The notes beneath the pieces are model-generated. The model searched no databases and was not told where the DNA came from. It saw nothing but the letters and a program-made list of their open reading frames with translations. 35,888 nt of DNA from a virus (lineage: Duplodnaviria; Caudoviricetes). The position numbers and the translations under genes are program-made. How positions within the stretch are numbered: the stretch's first letter is position 1; each line of letters begins with the position of its first letter. The DNA lies in IMG/VR virus record IMGVR_UViG_3300030613_000136, positions 1-35,888 of that record; one strand, 5' to 3'. Below are positions 35,249 through 35,888 of this stretch, piece by piece.

Positions 35249-35472
35249 CAGACGTCGCTCTCAGCGAGTTTTCTGATGTCATTCAACGAACGCACGAAGT
35301 CAAAGCTAGATTCGATCTCGTCGAGCGCGTCTAGCACGTCTACGATTTTTGGGTCATCGCCTTGTTCAAGCGATTCTGCTGCAAGGTCCAAGTCGATCGA
35401 CAACATTTCGATGTCGCTTGAAACTTCCTTGATTTTGTCAATCAGCTTGATCTTCAAGTCGTTATCAATCAT
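35248..35472 (-). CDS. Small acidic helical protein
   Basis: GGGAG SD; D/E/L-rich. Confidence 0.7.
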   Translation of the reverse strand: MIDNDLKIKLIDKIKEVSSDIEMLSIDLDLAAESLEQGDDPKIVDVLDALDEIESSFDFVRSLNDIRKLAESDV

Positions 35473-35484
35473 TTTTTTTCTCCC

Positions 35485-35643
35485 TTAGAATTCAGAAAGC
35501 TCGATGAAAATCTTTAAAGCCATCATCACAGTCAAAAACATCAACCAAAGCAAAATCATTTTTTGACTCACGAACACAGCAAAAAAGCAAGCTGTCAAAC
35601 ACACGATCAAGATCGTCCACAACAAAACATTCCCGTTGTTCAT
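35485..35643 (-). CDS. 52-aa two-TM membrane protein (absent from ORF track)
   Basis: MNNGNVLLWTILIVCLTACFFAVFVSQKMILLWLMFLTVMMALKIFIELSEF; AAGGAG SD. Confidence 0.7.
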   Translation of the reverse strand: MNNGNVLLWTILIVCLTACFFAVFVSQKMILLWLMFLTVMMALKIFIELSEF

Positions 35644-35660
35644 TTTTTCTCCTTGACGTC

Positions 35661-35674
35661 ATTGTACAACGAAA
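35661..35674 (-). promoter_or_regulatory. Putative early promoter motif TTTCGTTGTACAAT
   Basis: Intergenic, upstream of an AAGGAG SD; TTAACA at about -35. Confidence 0.62.
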
Positions 35675-35684
35675 AATCTGAATG

Positions 35685-35888
35685 TTAAAGCTTGATGAAA
35701 TAGTCGTAAAACGCCCACGACCAAGATCCAAATCTCGTAGTTGAACGCGCAGCGCTGTTTACGAACTCGAATTCGTGAAGAACTCGTGCGCAAGCTGAAC
35801 ACTGGTTGAATATGTTTCCGTGCGGTGTCGTGAACAAAATCATTGTCGTGGCAATCCTTGCGACGCAGCGTACACGAGTGCTTTGAAA
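35685..35888 (-). CDS. 3' part of a hypothetical protein entering from the window edge
   Basis: Frame open from the edge to TAA 35685 (...QCSACARVL...YDYFIKL). Confidence 0.4.
   Translation of the reverse strand, partial: FQSTRVRCVARIATTMILFTTPHGNIFNQCSACARVLHEFEFVNSAARSTTRFGSWSWAFYDYFIKL

Noticed and set aside
425-35488. Plus-strand ORFs in the track
   Set aside because: All are antisense shadows of well-supported minus-strand genes and show no recognisable motifs.
35492-35731. 79-aa minus-strand ORF from the track
   Set aside because: It spans the promoter motif. The overlapping 52-aa ORF at 35485-35643 has a strong SD and a coherent TM pattern.
1-35888. Genome-wide stop-codon reassignment (code 4/15/25)
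   Set aside because: Known families are full length in code 11. Many ATGA/GTGA overlaps use TGA as stop, and in-frame junctions occur with TGA, TAG and TAA alike.

Overview
Fragment of a large tailed dsDNA phage genome, probably a myovirus with T4-like baseplate genes and a gp55-like sigma factor. Genes are tightly packed and essentially all on the minus strand, often with ATGA/GTGA stop-start overlaps. In transcription order (right to left): (i) small early-type ORFs, many membrane or Cys-rich; (ii) peptide deformylase, an MBD4-like glycosylase, Hsp20, a SLOG protein, two tRNAs (Thr-UGU, Glu-UUC), a cyclic-phosphate-receiver-like protein, a C39 peptidase and a GH108 endolysin; (iii) an AT-rich spacer and a Cas4-like nuclease; (iv) a ~21 kb soluble glycan-synthesis island with heptose-type nucleotide-sugar enzymes but no GmhA, about 10 glycosyltransferase domains, 3 methyltransferases, a deacetylase and a radical-SAM-like protein; (v) sigma factor, spike and baseplate genes. 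Most notable: both tRNAs carry C at the normally invariant U33 and interlock with SLOG and cREC-like genes; the glycan island; a long hairpin burying the endolysin start; and a sigma factor whose conserved N-terminus has no canonical start codon. All family calls come from motif recognition by eye. No database search or folding program was run, and the host cannot be determined.
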